NCBI GenBank assembly: GCA_036501665.1
Contig: DASXZW010000104.1
Coordinates: 12,902-76,901, forward strand
DNA length: 64,000 nucleotides
Source: Verrucomicrobiia bacterium
GTDB lineage: Bacteria; Verrucomicrobiota; Verrucomicrobiia; Limisphaerales; Palsa-1400
Direction of reading: 5' to 3'
The notes beneath the pieces are model-generated. The model was given only the letters and a program-made list of their open reading frames with translations. It was not told where the DNA came from and did no database searches. A program made the translations under genes and the position numbers. This document shows positions 10,197 to 18,954 of the stretch, piece after piece. Numbering within the stretch: the stretch's first letter is position 1; each line of letters starts with the position of its first letter.

Positions 10197-10225
10197 CCCT
10201 CTCCTCCACAATGTGGAGGAGAGGG
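10197..10225. repeat. Palindromic element CCCTCTCCTCCACA-A-TGTGGAGGAGAGGG
   Basis: 14-bp perfect arms read directly. It is embedded in purine/pyrimidine-skewed sequence (ggccggggagaggagg). Confidence 0.5.
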
Positions 10226-10249
10226 CCGGGGAGAGGAGGCACCATCTAC

Positions 10250-10275
10250 GGTAGGGCGGTGCTGCGTCGCCGCCC
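10250..10275 (+). repeat. REP-like element, variant (GGTAGGG + GGGCGG..CCGCCC hairpin)
   Basis: ggtagggcggtgctgcgtcgccgccc, starting 25 nt after the previous palindrome ends, with the same 5' GGTAGGG. Confidence 0.45.
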
Positions 10276-10427
10276 ACTTTTTTCGATGGAGTTACTGGAC
10301 AAATTAACCAAATACCACACTTATGCAGAGAATCGTCCCGACGTTATGATGTGCCCGAGCCGAGCAGATTGTCATGCGACGTTTATTAACGTGAAATTAT
10401 TCCGAACCCTAAATAACCTGTCCGCAG

Positions 10428-10514
10428 ATGATCCAAAAACGTCTGGGCGATTTATCGCCGCTCCAATGGAAATCCGGCTTCGCAGCGTGGATGGGCTGGT
10501 TTTTTGACGTATAA
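10428..10514 (+). pseudogene. Truncated pseudo-copy of an MFS transporter 5' end (28 codons), broken at the inverted-repeat/rayT junction
   Basis: It translates to [28 protein letters not shown], versus [30 protein letters not shown] of the intact MFS at 14319. By hand count, 71/82 nt are identical over the coding part. Upstream homology also exists (10367.. vs 14181..). Homology stops at 10509, exactly where the 26-bp repeat begins. Confidence 0.65.
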
Positions 10515-11548
10515 GGGGTCAGAACATAGTATTCATGCATATTGCTTGACATAGAGGCTGGGCATCGGGCAGGTTGCGCGGCAGAAATGGCCAGAAAGCT
10601 TCGAGTGCAGTATCCGGGGGCGATCTATCATGTGCTCAGTCGCGGGGATCGCCGGGAGGCCATTTTCAAGGACGACACCGACCGGGAGATGTTTTTGCAG
10701 ACGCTCGAGCAAGCCTGCGAAAAGGCCGGTTGGCAGGTTCATGCGTGGGTTTTGATGTCCAATCACTTTCATCTGGTCATTGAGACGCCCGGGGGCAACC
10801 TTGTGGCGGGAATGAAGTGGCTCCTGGGGACCTATACGTCGCGGTTCAATCGCCGGCACAAGGAGTTTGGCCACTTATTCAGCGGTCGATATAAGGCGCT
10901 CATCGTGGACGGCAGCGGCGATGGCTATCTCAAAACCGTGTGCGATTACGTGCATTTGAACGCGGCACGAGCCGGTTTGCTGGGGCCCCGGCAACGGCTG
11001 GCGAGTTATCGCTGGAGCAGCCTGGGCCAATATTTATCCCAGCCCGGCCGCCGGCCAAGGTGGTTGCGTGTGGACCGGTTGCTGGGAGAATGGAGAATTC
11101 CCAAAGACAGTCCGGCGGGACGCCGAATGCTGGGCGAGCAAATGGAACGGCGGCGATGGGAGGGAATGAGCCAGGAGTTCAAGCCCATCGAGCGGGGCTG
11201 GTGTTTGGGCGGAGAAGAGTTCAAGCGCGAGCTCCTGGAGCAAGTCAGCCGCCGGGCAGGGCCAGGGCATAAGGAGCCGGAAGTGCGTGAGGCGGCTGAA
11301 GCCAAGGCGCAGCGGCTGGCGCAAGAGGGATTGGCGCGGCTGGGCTGGGGCGAGGCGGAGTTGGAAGCGCGGCGCAAAGGCGACCCGGCAAAGGTGGATC
11401 TGGCGGCCGAGTTAAGGCGGCAGACGACCATGACCCTAAGATGGATCGCCCAGCGGCTGCGGATGGGGACGACCGGCCACTTGGCGCATCTGCTGTATTG
11501 GAAAGAACGAAATGAAAAACAATAAATACTATCTTCTGACCCCTTTAT
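10511..11548 (+). mobile_element. RayT/IS200-like HUH transposase unit bounded by inverted 26-28-bp repeats (REPtron-like)
   Basis: Left end: ATAAGGGGTCAGAACATAGTATTCAT (10511-10536). Right end: AATAAATACTATCTTCTGACCCCTTTAT (11521-11548), whose reverse complement is ATAAAGGGGTCAGAAGATAGTATTTATT. The two ends enclose a single Y1-transposase-like gene. Confidence 0.6.
10587..11525 (+). CDS. rayT: REP-associated tyrosine (Y1/HUH) transposase-like protein, IS200/RayT family, with C-terminal HTH-like tail
   Basis: The track ORF starts at the TTG at 10542; the ATG at 10587 gives MARKLRVQYPGAIYHVLSRGDRREAIF. HUH motif in WVLMSNHFHLVIETP. Tyr motif CDYVHLNAARAGL matches the YxHxNP-type of COG1943 proteins. 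The C-terminal RQTTMTLRWIAQRLRMGTTGHLAHLL resembles a DnaA-C-like HTH (recalled). Confidence 0.85.
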   Translation: MARKLRVQYPGAIYHVLSRGDRREAIFKDDTDREMFLQTLEQACEKAGWQVHAWVLMSNHFHLVIETPGGNLVAGMKWLLGTYTSRFNRRHKEFGHLFSGRYKALIVDGSGDGYLKTVCDYVHLNAARAGLLGPRQRLASYRWSSLGQYLSQPGRRPRWLRVDRLLGEWRIPKDSPAGRRMLGEQMERRRWEGMSQEFKPIERGWCLGGEEFKRELLEQVSRRAGPGHKEPEVREAAEAKAQRLAQEGLARLGWGEAELEARRKGDPAKVDLAAELRRQTTMTLRWIAQRLRMGTTGHLAHLLYWKERNEKQ

Positions 11549-11565
11549 GTGCATTGGCTCCCAAT

Positions 11566-12120
11566 ATGTCGCCTATTTATGGGCCTGGGGCCAGTGGATA
11601 CAGCTTTCCCAATTATTCGGTCACCTTTATTCGTAATTCTGTGACGGGCAATGCATTTGGAGCAGTCAATGACGCTCAAAGCCTTCAGGGGCCATACTCC
11701 CTCAATTTCTCCGGAAACTCGCTCTCGTTATTTTTGCCAACTTCAGACCCAGCCACCAACGCATTCAATTGTTCGTCAGCGTTGGTCTGGGGCTGCCAGA
11801 ATTTAAACTTTTCTGGGAACACCATGCCCAGCGGCGGAACAGGAATTATTTTTTGGGGAAGTTGTTCCAACTCAGTGATTCTGGACAATAATTTCAGCGG
11901 TTTAACGCGCATGGGTGTATTGGATGGGGGAGCGGGACCAGAGACCGCTGAGCAGATGATTGGAAACATTCTGGGCTGTGGGTATAGCTACCATCTGAAG
12001 TCGATTTTCCAGGAGGGGCCGAATTGGTTTTTGTACAACAATCAGTATTTGGATGCGCATTCCAACTACGTGCCGCCATTTACGGACGCGGCGAGTCTGT
12101 GGGCGCACATTTCACCATGA
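11566..12120 (+). CDS. Probable N-terminally truncated right-handed beta-helix-like protein fragment
   Basis: The track ORF 11512..12120 begins inside the rayT 3' end and repeat. The first ATG after the repeat is 11566. There is no signal peptide. Periodic NxxFSGN motifs (LNFSGNSL, LNFSGNTM, LDNNFSGL) suggest parallel beta-helix turns. ATGA overlap with the next gene. Confidence 0.4.
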   Translation: MSPIYGPGASGYSFPNYSVTFIRNSVTGNAFGAVNDAQSLQGPYSLNFSGNSLSLFLPTSDPATNAFNCSSALVWGCQNLNFSGNTMPSGGTGIIFWGSCSNSVILDNNFSGLTRMGVLDGGAGPETAEQMIGNILGCGYSYHLKSIFQEGPNWFLYNNQYLDAHSNYVPPFTDAASLWAHISP

Positions 12121-13622
12121 TTCAAGTTATGAAAAGTTTATTACTAATTCTTAGAGCCTTAAGCGCGTCGATTGTCTGCGCAACTGTTACGGTTTCGGCA
12201 CAGACACAGCAAGCGTGGATTGTAAAGTATAACAATGGAATAATGAGTGGTAACCATCAAGCATTAAAAATGGTGTTGGATTCGAGAGGAAATATTTACG
12301 TACTGGGGGATTCGGCGAATGCCAACACTAACACGGGTTATGTGGTTGCAAAATATGCGTCGAACGGAAACCAGGTTTGGGCAGCGCGGTATGACTCAAC
12401 TAACTTTCCAACTGCGAGTGCGACTGGATTTGCGCTGGATTTGAGCAACAATATCGTTGTGACCGGAAGCGCGGTGACGGTGAAATTTGATGCTAACGGG
12501 AGTCTTTTGTGGACGGAGCCGTATAGTGGGATAGCTATTGCCGTTGATCAGGGGCAAAATGTTTATATTACCGGGGTATCAGGAAATTTCACTACGTCGA
12601 AACTCAATCCTACAGGAAGTAACCTGTGGTCGCAAACGTGGGTTTATCAAGGATTGCCAAATATTTCACAAGCGATAGCTATTGATTCTTCAACAAATGT
12701 TTACGTGGGAGGAAGGGAGACGGCGCAAGCTCCAAGGGGGAGTAGCGAAGTGCATATAGGTATATTAAAGTATGACGTAAACGGCAACCAGCTTTGGGAG
12801 GTGGATACATCTTATGGCCTCGGCGATTATGATGTTCAAGTAGTTGGATTTCAACTGGACCCGTTCAATAAACTCTACATCGAGGCAAATTATCTGGGCA
12901 CCCTACCAGCGCCTTATTCTACATACGTATACAACAGCAATGGAGTCGGTTTAGCCGTTGCTGGTAATCCGACGGGAAGCCTCGGTAGTATGTCTCGGGG
13001 CCTCGCGGTCGACAATCAAAGGAACATTCTTATTACGGGAGGAAATGGTTACGCAGCCCCTATGGCCTATACTTGTGGAACTTACAAGCTCAGCACCAAT
13101 GGAAGTTATATTTGGACGAATTTGTATCCAACGACTCCCGTTGGGAATAGCATCGCCAGTTCCATTGCCGTGGACCAGGCCAATAGTGCCTATGTGACGG
13201 GGTTCTCCACTAATGCGGCAACGGGCAATGACATTATTACGATTAAGTATGACAGCGATGGCAATCAAGTTTGGTTGCAACGCTATGACGGGCCAGCCCA
13301 CGGGAATGATGCAGGCAAAGCCATCGCCGTGGACAATTCCGGCAACGTCTATGTAGCCGGATACGAAACCGAAACCAACGGCTTCACCTCCATGATCCTC
13401 ATCAAATACTCGCCAGTCGTTGGGCAAAAGCAATCCAATGGGAACTTTATCCTTCACGCTGCCGGTTCTCCTGGTGAGAGCTTTGAGATTCAGGCGAGCA
13501 CCAACCTCCAAACATGGCAAGACCTCGGCACCATTCTTGCCGACACCAACGGCCTCGCCCTCTTTGAAGACACCAACGCCCCTCTTTTCCCTAATCGCTT
13601 CTACTATACCGTACCGCAATAG
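12117..13622 (+). CDS. SBBP (beta-propeller) repeat secreted protein with about 60-aa conserved C-terminal domain
   Basis: The ATG at 12117 gives MIQVMKSLLLILRALSASIVCATVTVSAQ (signal peptide). Repeated units of the form GNxVWxxxY...A..IAVDxxGNVYVTG match SBBP repeats. The C-terminal FILHAAGSPGESFEIQASTNLQTWQDLG...NRFYYTVPQ is homologous to the C-terminus of the giant subtilase. Confidence 0.8.
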   Translation: MIQVMKSLLLILRALSASIVCATVTVSAQTQQAWIVKYNNGIMSGNHQALKMVLDSRGNIYVLGDSANANTNTGYVVAKYASNGNQVWAARYDSTNFPTASATGFALDLSNNIVVTGSAVTVKFDANGSLLWTEPYSGIAIAVDQGQNVYITGVSGNFTTSKLNPTGSNLWSQTWVYQGLPNISQAIAIDSSTNVYVGGRETAQAPRGSSEVHIGILKYDVNGNQLWEVDTSYGLGDYDVQVVGFQLDPFNKLYIEANYLGTLPAPYSTYVYNSNGVGLAVAGNPTGSLGSMSRGLAVDNQRNILITGGNGYAAPMAYTCGTYKLSTNGSYIWTNLYPTTPVGNSIASSIAVDQANSAYVTGFSTNAATGNDIITIKYDSDGNQVWLQRYDGPAHGNDAGKAIAVDNSGNVYVAGYETETNGFTSMILIKYSPVVGQKQSNGNFILHAAGSPGESFEIQASTNLQTWQDLGTILADTNGLALFEDTNAPLFPNRFYYTVPQ

Positions 13623-13675
13623 GTCGTCAGCGCTACATTAAAGCGCCTCTTGCCAGTTCTATGATGGTGGAGTTG

Positions 13676-13707
13676 TAAGTGTCGTACTATATAGGGTACG
13701 ACACTTA
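13676..13707. terminator. Perfect 12-bp-stem hairpin TAAGTGTCGTAC-(8 nt)-GTACGACACTTA after the SBBP gene
   Basis: Read directly, 54 nt downstream of the stop at 13622. There is no strong T-run. Confidence 0.35.
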
Positions 13708-13875
13708 TGATGCAATTTGCGTTGCGATTGCACTTACGGTTGCTCGCGCTCGGTTTACCCGCGGACTAAGAGCGGCGGCTTTCGCTCCAACTCCGCTCCC
13801 CGCATCCCCCAGCTTCGCTCCGCAAAACCCACCGCACTTAGTCCGCCCCGATTCCAGTCCGTCACTCCGCCAGAA

Positions 13876-13923
13876 CGTAAAGGGGTCACGTAAAGGGGTC
13901 ATAAAGGGGTCATAAAGGGGTCA
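13876..13923 (+). repeat. Tandem array, 4 copies of (CG)TAAAGGGGTCA
   Basis: cgtaaaggggtca cgtaaaggggtca taaaggggtca taaaggggtca. The last unit is the start of the third copy of the 28-bp rayT-flanking repeat. Confidence 0.75.
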
Positions 13924-13979
13924 GAACATAGTATTTATTATTTTTCATTTCATTCCTTCCAATACAGCAAATGCGCCAA
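13912..13979 (-). mobile_element. Third copy of the 28-bp repeat plus remnant of a second rayT 3' end (inverted relative to 11481..11548)
   Basis: The reverse complement of 13912..13979 aligns with 11481..11548 (TTGGCGCATCTGCTGTATTGGAAAGAACGAAATGAAAAACAATAAATACTATCTTCTGACCCCTTTAT) with about 6 mismatches in 68. The remnant encodes LAHLLYWKE*. Confidence 0.65.
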
Positions 13980-14128
13980 TAAGCGAAGGAAATGGACGGC
14001 GCGGATGCGATGGAACTGAGGAGATTGAGGTAATCATACTGTTTGACCGTCGTCATCCGCGTCGTTCCGCCCTGGGCAAAGGCAATTTGCCCCACCAACG
14101 GCGAATTGGCAACATACCGATACATCAC
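13980..14128 (-). pseudogene. Fragment resembling the N-terminal region of RHS/YD-repeat proteins
   Basis: ORF 13910..14128 reads YRYVANSPLVGQIAFAQGGTTRMTTVKQYDYLNLLSSIASAPS, then runs into the rayT remnant. The YDxLNxLxSI pattern is YD-repeat-like (recalled). There is no plausible full-length context. Confidence 0.35.
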
Positions 14129-14318
14129 GCTTGTTCTTCAATAAGAAAATCGCCGCAGGGTCAAGGCACCCATCTCAAACGAATGGTCATCGGGACTTAT
14201 TGACGTGAAATTCTTCTGAACCCTATACTGTCAAACTCTCGATGAATCCCGACGACGATCAGACGTGGCACAGACGAAATTCGCCTGAAGTGAGCAGCTT
14301 CGGAATAACCACCTGTCC

Positions 14319-15566
14319 ATGACCCAAAAACGTCTCAGCGACCTGTCATCGCTCCAATGGAAATCCGGCATCGCCGCGTGGATGGGCTGGTTTTTCGACG
14401 GGCTGGACATTCATCTTTACACGCTGGTCGCCGCCCCGTTCGTGGCGCATTTGCTCAACGTCGCCAATCCCGGGGATCCGCTCGTAAAAAAATACAGTTC
14501 GTGGATACAGGCTTCGTTTCTCATCGGCTGGGCGGTCGGCGGCGGATTTTTTGGGCGGCTCGGAGATCGCATTGGACGCAGTCGCGCGTTGGGCCTGACC
14601 ATTCTGACTTACGCCGCCTTCACGGGGCTTTCCGTCTTTGCGCAAACCTGGTGGCAGTTATTGATCTTTCGATTTGTGTCCGCGCTTGGAATCGGCGGCG
14701 AATGGGCCGTCGGCGCCTGCCTGCTTTCAGAAACGTGGCCGAGACGCTGGGGCCCGTGGATTGCGGCGGTGCTGCAATGCGGGGTCAATGTCGGAATCCT
14801 CTGCGCGTGCCTCTTCAATTACGCATTGGCGGCGTATCCGGCGAAGTATCTTTTCCTCGTCGGAATTATTCCCGCGCTGATCGTCTTCTGGATTCGCAAG
14901 CACGTCCCCGAACCCGACGAATGGCGCGCCGCCCAAAAATCCTCAGTGGCCAAACCCTCCATCGGTGAGTTATTCCGTGGCGACCAGGCCCGCATCACCC
15001 TCCTGACAACAATTGTTTGTTCTCTGACGCTGACTGGCTGGTGGGCATTCTTATTTTGGAACCCCCAACATCTGCAAAGCCTCCCCGAACTCGCCTCCTG
15101 GGCTCCCGCCGCAAAACGGCAATTGGTGACGAAGTCGTTTTTCCTCGTCATTTTTGTGTCGATGGCAGGGAATTATTTCTTTTCATGGCTCGCCACATTT
15201 TTCGGCTACCGCCGCGTCATCCTCGGAGGCTCCCTGGCCTTCGCCGCGTCGTTTTACTTGACATACCACACCCCGCGCGGCCACGAGACGCTAATGGTTC
15301 TGTTGCCCGTAATCGGCTTCTGTTCAGGAATCTTCGGTTTATTCACAATGTACCTGCCGCCGCTATTCCCCACCTTGCTCCGCACCACAGGAGCCGGCTT
15401 CTGTTTCAACATCGGCCGCATCGCCGCCGCCATCGGCACAGTCGTTTTCGGCCTCTACCTCCAAATCGGCGATTTCCGCCCAGCCTTGATGTCCATCGGC
15501 GCGCTATTTGTGCTCGCCGCCATCGTCTCAATTTTCCTCCCGGAGGAAAATCCTGATATCTCTTAG
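14319..15566 (+). CDS. MFS transporter
   Basis: 415 aa with about 12 hydrophobic segments. The MFS loop motif [11 protein letters not shown] lies between TM2 and TM3. Confidence 0.85.
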   Translation: MTQKRLSDLSSLQWKSGIAAWMGWFFDGLDIHLYTLVAAPFVAHLLNVANPGDPLVKKYSSWIQASFLIGWAVGGGFFGRLGDRIGRSRALGLTILTYAAFTGLSVFAQTWWQLLIFRFVSALGIGGEWAVGACLLSETWPRRWGPWIAAVLQCGVNVGILCACLFNYALAAYPAKYLFLVGIIPALIVFWIRKHVPEPDEWRAAQKSSVAKPSIGELFRGDQARITLLTTIVCSLTLTGWWAFLFWNPQHLQSLPELASWAPAAKRQLVTKSFFLVIFVSMAGNYFFSWLATFFGYRRVILGGSLAFAASFYLTYHTPRGHETLMVLLPVIGFCSGIFGLFTMYLPPLFPTLLRTTGAGFCFNIGRIAAAIGTVVFGLYLQIGDFRPALMSIGALFVLAAIVSIFLPEENPDIS

Positions 15567-17620
15567 GACTCCGAAGCCATCGCTTTCTTGACGGATTCCG
15601 CATCCCCTGCCGGAGGCAAACAGGCGTTCCCTGTACAGACAAAAACAACAGGCCCGCTTTTTCCAATGAGCGACTTCGCGAATTCCTCAACAGCCCCGGA
15701 ATTTCCAAGAACAACTTTGTTCGGATGATAAACTCCATGCACCGCCCGCAACAAAATCTTCGTTTCAGCATGGCTCGGATCGCCAGCGACAACAGCGCGC
15801 CTCACGCCTTGTAAATGAAATGCAAGCCCGATGAGCATATGAGGCACCGCCTGCGGCAATTGGTTCAAGCGCGGAGCAAAAAGCCGCAGAGTCTTTTCAG
15901 CGGCCTCCGCGAATGCCTTCCGCCCCGAAATTTCCGCAAGCCTCAGCAATGCCAACGCCGCAACGGAATTTCCCGAAGGCTCCGCGCCGTCGTAATCATC
16001 CTTCAAACGTAGAATCAATTCATGGTCGCCCGCCGCGCTGTCGTAAAAGCCGCCGTTTTCCGCATCGAAAAATTTGGCCAGCATAGTTTCCACCAGCGCA
16101 ATGGCGAAATCCAAATGCCCCGGCTCCAGCGTCGCTTCGTAGAGATCAATCGTCCCCGCGCAAAGATTCGCATACGCGCTCAGAAGTTGCACAGAGTCCC
16201 GCTTGCCGTCTCTCCACCGGTGATAAAGCGTGCGCGTCTTTTCGTCCCAAAGTTCTCTTCGCAGAAACGCAATATTCCTCTCCGCCGCGGTGCGGAAGGA
16301 TTCGTCACCAAGCACGGAATAAGCGCGAGCCAACGCGCCCAACATCATCCCGTTCCACGAAGCCAGCACTTTGTCGTCCAGATGCGGACGGACCCGTTTT
16401 GCCCGAGCCTCAAACATTTTCCACTTCGCCGAAGCCAGTAATTTTTCTTCATCCTCCGTCAAATCCGGCGTCACAATGCTCAAGACATTCTGATTCGGCA
16501 ACGGGTCGGGGTCGCTGTGATCGACAAAATTTCCCTGTGGCGTCAATCCAAAATATCTTGCGGCGACTTCTGTTTCTTCTTTTGTCAAAACTTGGGAAAG
16601 ATCGTTCGTCGTCCAGCAATAAAACTTTCCTTCCTTGCCTTCGCTGTCGGCGTCTTCCGCGGAATAAAATCCGCCGCCGGGATGCGTCATATCGCGCAGG
16701 AGATATTGAATAATGCCGCGGGCCGTTTCGGCGTGGTGCGAATCTCCGCTCACAAGCCACGCGTCAAGATAAAGATTCAGCAGTTGCGCATTGTCGTAGA
16801 GCATTTTCTCGAAATGCGGCACCAGCCATTGCGCATCGACCGAATAACGCGCAAACCCGCCGCCAAGTTGATCATAAATCCCGCCCGCCGCCATGCGCTC
16901 GCAAGTGGTGAGCACCATGTTGACGCCCTCCTTGTCTCCGGTTCGCATGGCATGGTTCAGTAGAAACAGCGGCTCGCTGGGCCGGGGAAACTTCGGCGCG
17001 TTGCCAAATCCGCCGTTGTGGTAATCATATTGACGCTTGAAGATGATGGCGACGTTGTCGAGCACTGCGGGTGAAAGCTCCGGATCGCCGGCATCTTGCG
17101 TCGTCAGCGAAGAAAGTTGTTCATAAAAGCTCGCGGAGGTTTCCAGAACTTTGTCGCGCCGATCCTCCCAAAGCTTCGCGATCTGCCGCAACACATCAAT
17201 AAAACTCGCCATGCCGTGTCGGGCTTGCGGCGGGAAGTATGTTCCGCCATAAAACGGCTTCAGGTCTGGCGCCAAAAAACAATTCAACGGCCAACCTCCC
17301 TGGCCGGAAAGCGCCTGGACCGCCGTCATGTAAATTTTATCCACGTCGGGCCGCTCCTCCCGGTCCACTTTAATGCTGACGAAATGGGCGTTGAGAAAAT
17401 CGGCGATTTTCTGGTCCTCAAAAGATTCCCGCTCCATGACGTGACACCAATGACAGGTTGAATAGCCAATGCTCAGGAAAATCGGCTTGTTCTCAGAGCG
17501 GGCTTTTGCGAACGCCTCTTCGCCCCACGCAAACCAATCCACCGGATTGTGTTGGTGTTGTAATAAGTAAGGCGATTTCTCGCGCGATAAACGGTTCGTA
17601 TGGGCGGGCTGAGCCGACAT
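15563..17620 (-). CDS. Thioredoxin-domain protein, YyaL/SSP411 (DUF255 + six-hairpin glycosidase-like) family
   Basis: [56 protein letters not shown] is the hallmark N-terminus. I prefer the ATG at 17620 ([11 protein letters not shown]) over the track start at 17671. Confidence 0.9.
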   Translation of the reverse strand: MSAQPAHTNRLSREKSPYLLQHQHNPVDWFAWGEEAFAKARSENKPIFLSIGYSTCHWCHVMERESFEDQKIADFLNAHFVSIKVDREERPDVDKIYMTAVQALSGQGGWPLNCFLAPDLKPFYGGTYFPPQARHGMASFIDVLRQIAKLWEDRRDKVLETSASFYEQLSSLTTQDAGDPELSPAVLDNVAIIFKRQYDYHNGGFGNAPKFPRPSEPLFLLNHAMRTGDKEGVNMVLTTCERMAAGGIYDQLGGGFARYSVDAQWLVPHFEKMLYDNAQLLNLYLDAWLVSGDSHHAETARGIIQYLLRDMTHPGGGFYSAEDADSEGKEGKFYCWTTNDLSQVLTKEETEVAARYFGLTPQGNFVDHSDPDPLPNQNVLSIVTPDLTEDEEKLLASAKWKMFEARAKRVRPHLDDKVLASWNGMMLGALARAYSVLGDESFRTAAERNIAFLRRELWDEKTRTLYHRWRDGKRDSVQLLSAYANLCAGTIDLYEATLEPGHLDFAIALVETMLAKFFDAENGGFYDSAAGDHELILRLKDDYDGAEPSGNSVAALALLRLAEISGRKAFAEAAEKTLRLFAPRLNQLPQAVPHMLIGLAFHLQGVRRAVVAGDPSHAETKILLRAVHGVYHPNKVVLGNSGAVEEFAKSLIGKSGPVVFVCTGNACLPPAGDAESVKKAMASES

Positions 17621-17694
17621 GAGCGCAACATACCGTTGCCCAATTGCCACGCAACCCTTTTGCGTACGCACCGGTTTTGCCCTACAGTGGCCGG

Positions 17695-18954
17695 ATGGGT
17701 TCGGAAACGATTGCGGCGCCGGAAGCAGCCGCCAGACTAGAAGCGGAGAGGACAGTGATGTCCGTTCTGCTGGCGATCAGTTTTTGCCACATGCTCAACG
17801 ACACGATTCAGTCGCTAATTTCAGCGATATATCCCGTCGTGAAGGAAACGTTTCACCTCAATTACACCCAGGTCGGCCTCATCACGTTGACGTTCCAAAT
17901 GACCGCGTCGTTGCTGCAACCGCTGGTGGGATTCTACACCGACAAGCGCCCGCATCCGTATTCGCTCGCAATCGGCATGTGTTTAACTTTGTGCGGATTG
18001 GTGTTGCTCTCGATGGCAGGAAGTTTCCATGTCTTGCTGATTTCGGTGGCGTTGGTGGGAATGGGATCATCGGTCTTCCATCCCGAAGCGTCGCGAATGG
18101 CGTATATGGCGGCAGGCGTCCGGCACGGATTTGCGCAAGCGGTTTTTCAAGTCGGCGGAAATACCGGCAGTTCGCTGGGACCGCTTATGGCCGCGCTCAT
18201 TGTCGTCGGGCCGAGTGCTCAGTCGCGTGTGTTGTGGTTTTCGGTGGCAGCGGTAATCGCGATTGTCGTTCTCTGGAACATCGGCCATTGGTACAAGCAG
18301 AATACTTTTCGGCTCAAACCAAAGCCTCGCAAAGCAGCCTCGCAAGGCCACGTCGAATTGTCGCGACGCAAAGTGGCTTTCTCCATCGCGATTTTGGTCA
18401 TTTTGATCTTCTCAAAATATTTTTATCTCGTGAGCCTGAGCAGCTATTACACATTTTATCTCATCTCGAAGTTCCATGTCTCGATTCAAAGCGCGCAGAT
18501 TTATCTGTTCGTGTTCCTGCTGTCAGTCGCGGCGGGGACATTCATCGGCGGGCCGGTCGGCGACCGCATCGGGCGCAAATACGTGATCTGGGTGTCAATA
18601 CTCGGTGTGGCGCCATTCACATTGATCCTCCCGCACGTTGGCCTCGCATGGACCGCCGTTCTATCGGTGGTGATTGGCCTTGTCCTGTCGTCCGCGTTTA
18701 CGGCGATCCTTGTTTTCGCGCAGGAGTTGGTTCCGGGCAAAGTCGGTATGATCGCGGGCTTGTTCTTCGGCCTGGCTTTTGGAATGGGCGGACTCGGTTC
18801 CGCAGTCTTGGGCCACCTGGCCGACAAGACCAGCATCGAGTTTGTCTATAAAGTCTGCGCGTTCCTGCCCTTGATTGGACTTTTGGCCGGGTTCCTGCCG
18901 AACCTCGCGCCGCCAGCCAAGGCAAATCACCACCCAGAGCCTGCTACTGATTAA
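17695..18954 (+). CDS. MFS transporter, Fsr (fosmidomycin-resistance-like) family
   Basis: [57 protein letters not shown] is typical of the Fsr family. The ATG at 17695 ([10 protein letters not shown]) is preferred. Confidence 0.85.
   Translation: MGSETIAAPEAAARLEAERTVMSVLLAISFCHMLNDTIQSLISAIYPVVKETFHLNYTQVGLITLTFQMTASLLQPLVGFYTDKRPHPYSLAIGMCLTLCGLVLLSMAGSFHVLLISVALVGMGSSVFHPEASRMAYMAAGVRHGFAQAVFQVGGNTGSSLGPLMAALIVVGPSAQSRVLWFSVAAVIAIVVLWNIGHWYKQNTFRLKPKPRKAASQGHVELSRRKVAFSIAILVILIFSKYFYLVSLSSYYTFYLISKFHVSIQSAQIYLFVFLLSVAAGTFIGGPVGDRIGRKYVIWVSILGVAPFTLILPHVGLAWTAVLSVVIGLVLSSAFTAILVFAQELVPGKVGMIAGLFFGLAFGMGGLGSAVLGHLADKTSIEFVYKVCAFLPLIGLLAGFLPNLAPPAKANHHPEPATD

Noticed and set aside
9942-10507. 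ORFs 9942..10307 and 10211..10507 (121 and 98 aa).
   Set aside because: They read through the palindromic and REP elements (…SPSPPQCGGEGRGEE…) and the MFS pseudo-copy in the wrong frame, so they are repeat-generated ORFs.
12951-13619. 222-aa minus-strand ORF.
   Set aside because: It is antisense to the SBBP-repeat gene, which has clear repeat motifs and a signal peptide.
13679-13915. 78-aa plus-strand ORF and 65-aa minus-strand ORF.
   Set aside because: They span the hairpin and run into the tandem array. There is no start context and no recognisable motif, so the stretch is likely non-coding spacer within the mosaic island.
13876-13923. Possible CRISPR array or other spaced repeat.
   Set aside because: The units are 11-13 nt and directly abutting, with no spacers. 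There are only 4 copies and no cas genes in the window. It is a simple tandem array.
17619-18851. 410-aa plus-strand ORF.
   Set aside because: It is an out-of-frame overlap of the Fsr-type MFS gene (17695..18954). The product is low-complexity and Arg/Gly-rich, with no TM pattern or motifs.
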